DNA of 63,895 nucleotides from Pocillopora damicornis (Eukaryota): NCBI RefSeq assembly GCF_003704095.1, contig NW_020846686.1, positions 310,001 to 373,895 of the forward strand, read 5' to 3'. Shown piece by piece: positions 63,405 to 63,895 of this stretch (position 1 is its first letter; each line of letters starts with the position of its first letter). The notes under the pieces were generated by a model. It saw only the letters and a program-made list of their open reading frames with translations, ran no database searches and was not told where the DNA came from. The position numbers and the translations under genes were made by a program.

Positions 63405-63895
63405 AAACTACAATAGCCCTGCACCATTATACCCCTCTTGATGGGCGTCATGTTCTGCGTATCAAACGTCTTTAGCCTGAAAAGTAAGTGAAAACAGCTC
63501 TGTTTAATTCACTCAAGGTAAGTTAGAACCGAAAGAAGCCACACAAGCAATTGTGTTTTATGCAGTAATTCCGGCTGAAAACAATGATATATGAATTCTA
63601 TTCCAGACCTAATCGTTTACTTCTACTCAACGTACTCAGTCAGGCATAAGAATATGCTAAATTCTATGTATTGTATCACGTCAAAATACTCACGACATAC
63701 AAATGTTATGAAAAATAGCCTGTGCTACGCGTTAAGTGATTCAAACGGAGCGAAATGATAAACGGTACGATAGAAGCGGCAGGGTCAAAAAAGGGAGGGA
63801 GGTCTGGGTCGGTTCAGGTGACCCGGAACGGTTCGGGTAACCCGGAAATGAAAGAAAAAATTTACTTTATCCAGTACTAAGCCCGCGAGAGAAGC
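63405..63895 (-). repeat. Paralogous terminal exon (Gly-stop) and last intron of a further VWA copy
   Basis: Direct duplicate of ~59969-60460; ttttcag|GCTAA conserved near 63476. Confidence 0.85.

Overview
Eukaryotic, AT-rich, intron-containing animal DNA. The repeat types resemble those I associate with scleractinian corals or other cnidarians (inference, not verified). It is not prokaryotic: no operons, CRISPR, rRNA or clear tRNA were seen. The window is a mosaic of short contigs joined mostly by 100-N gaps, so order and orientation across gaps are unreliable. The core content, largely missed by the ORF track because it is spliced, is a birth-and-death cluster of genes for small secreted single-VWA-domain proteins. 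The composite architecture is signal peptide, 21-nt microexon, a Cys-bracketed MIDAS VWA domain over two exons, and a terminal exon adding only Gly-stop. Seven partial copies plus a duplicated terminal exon fall into two subfamilies, including a frameshifted pseudogene and an apparent chimera with a GC/GT donor ambiguity. The cluster sits among nested, decayed mobile elements: Gypsy, BEL/Pao, L2/CR1, FLYWCH-MULE, an intron-containing Merlin next to a CCDC106-like exon, Penelope-type repeats with minimal hammerhead ribozymes, SINEs and MITEs. A triplicated block also carries G2E3-like HECT pseudogenes. Coordinates were read by hand; splice sites should be nearly exact, while repeat borders are approximate.
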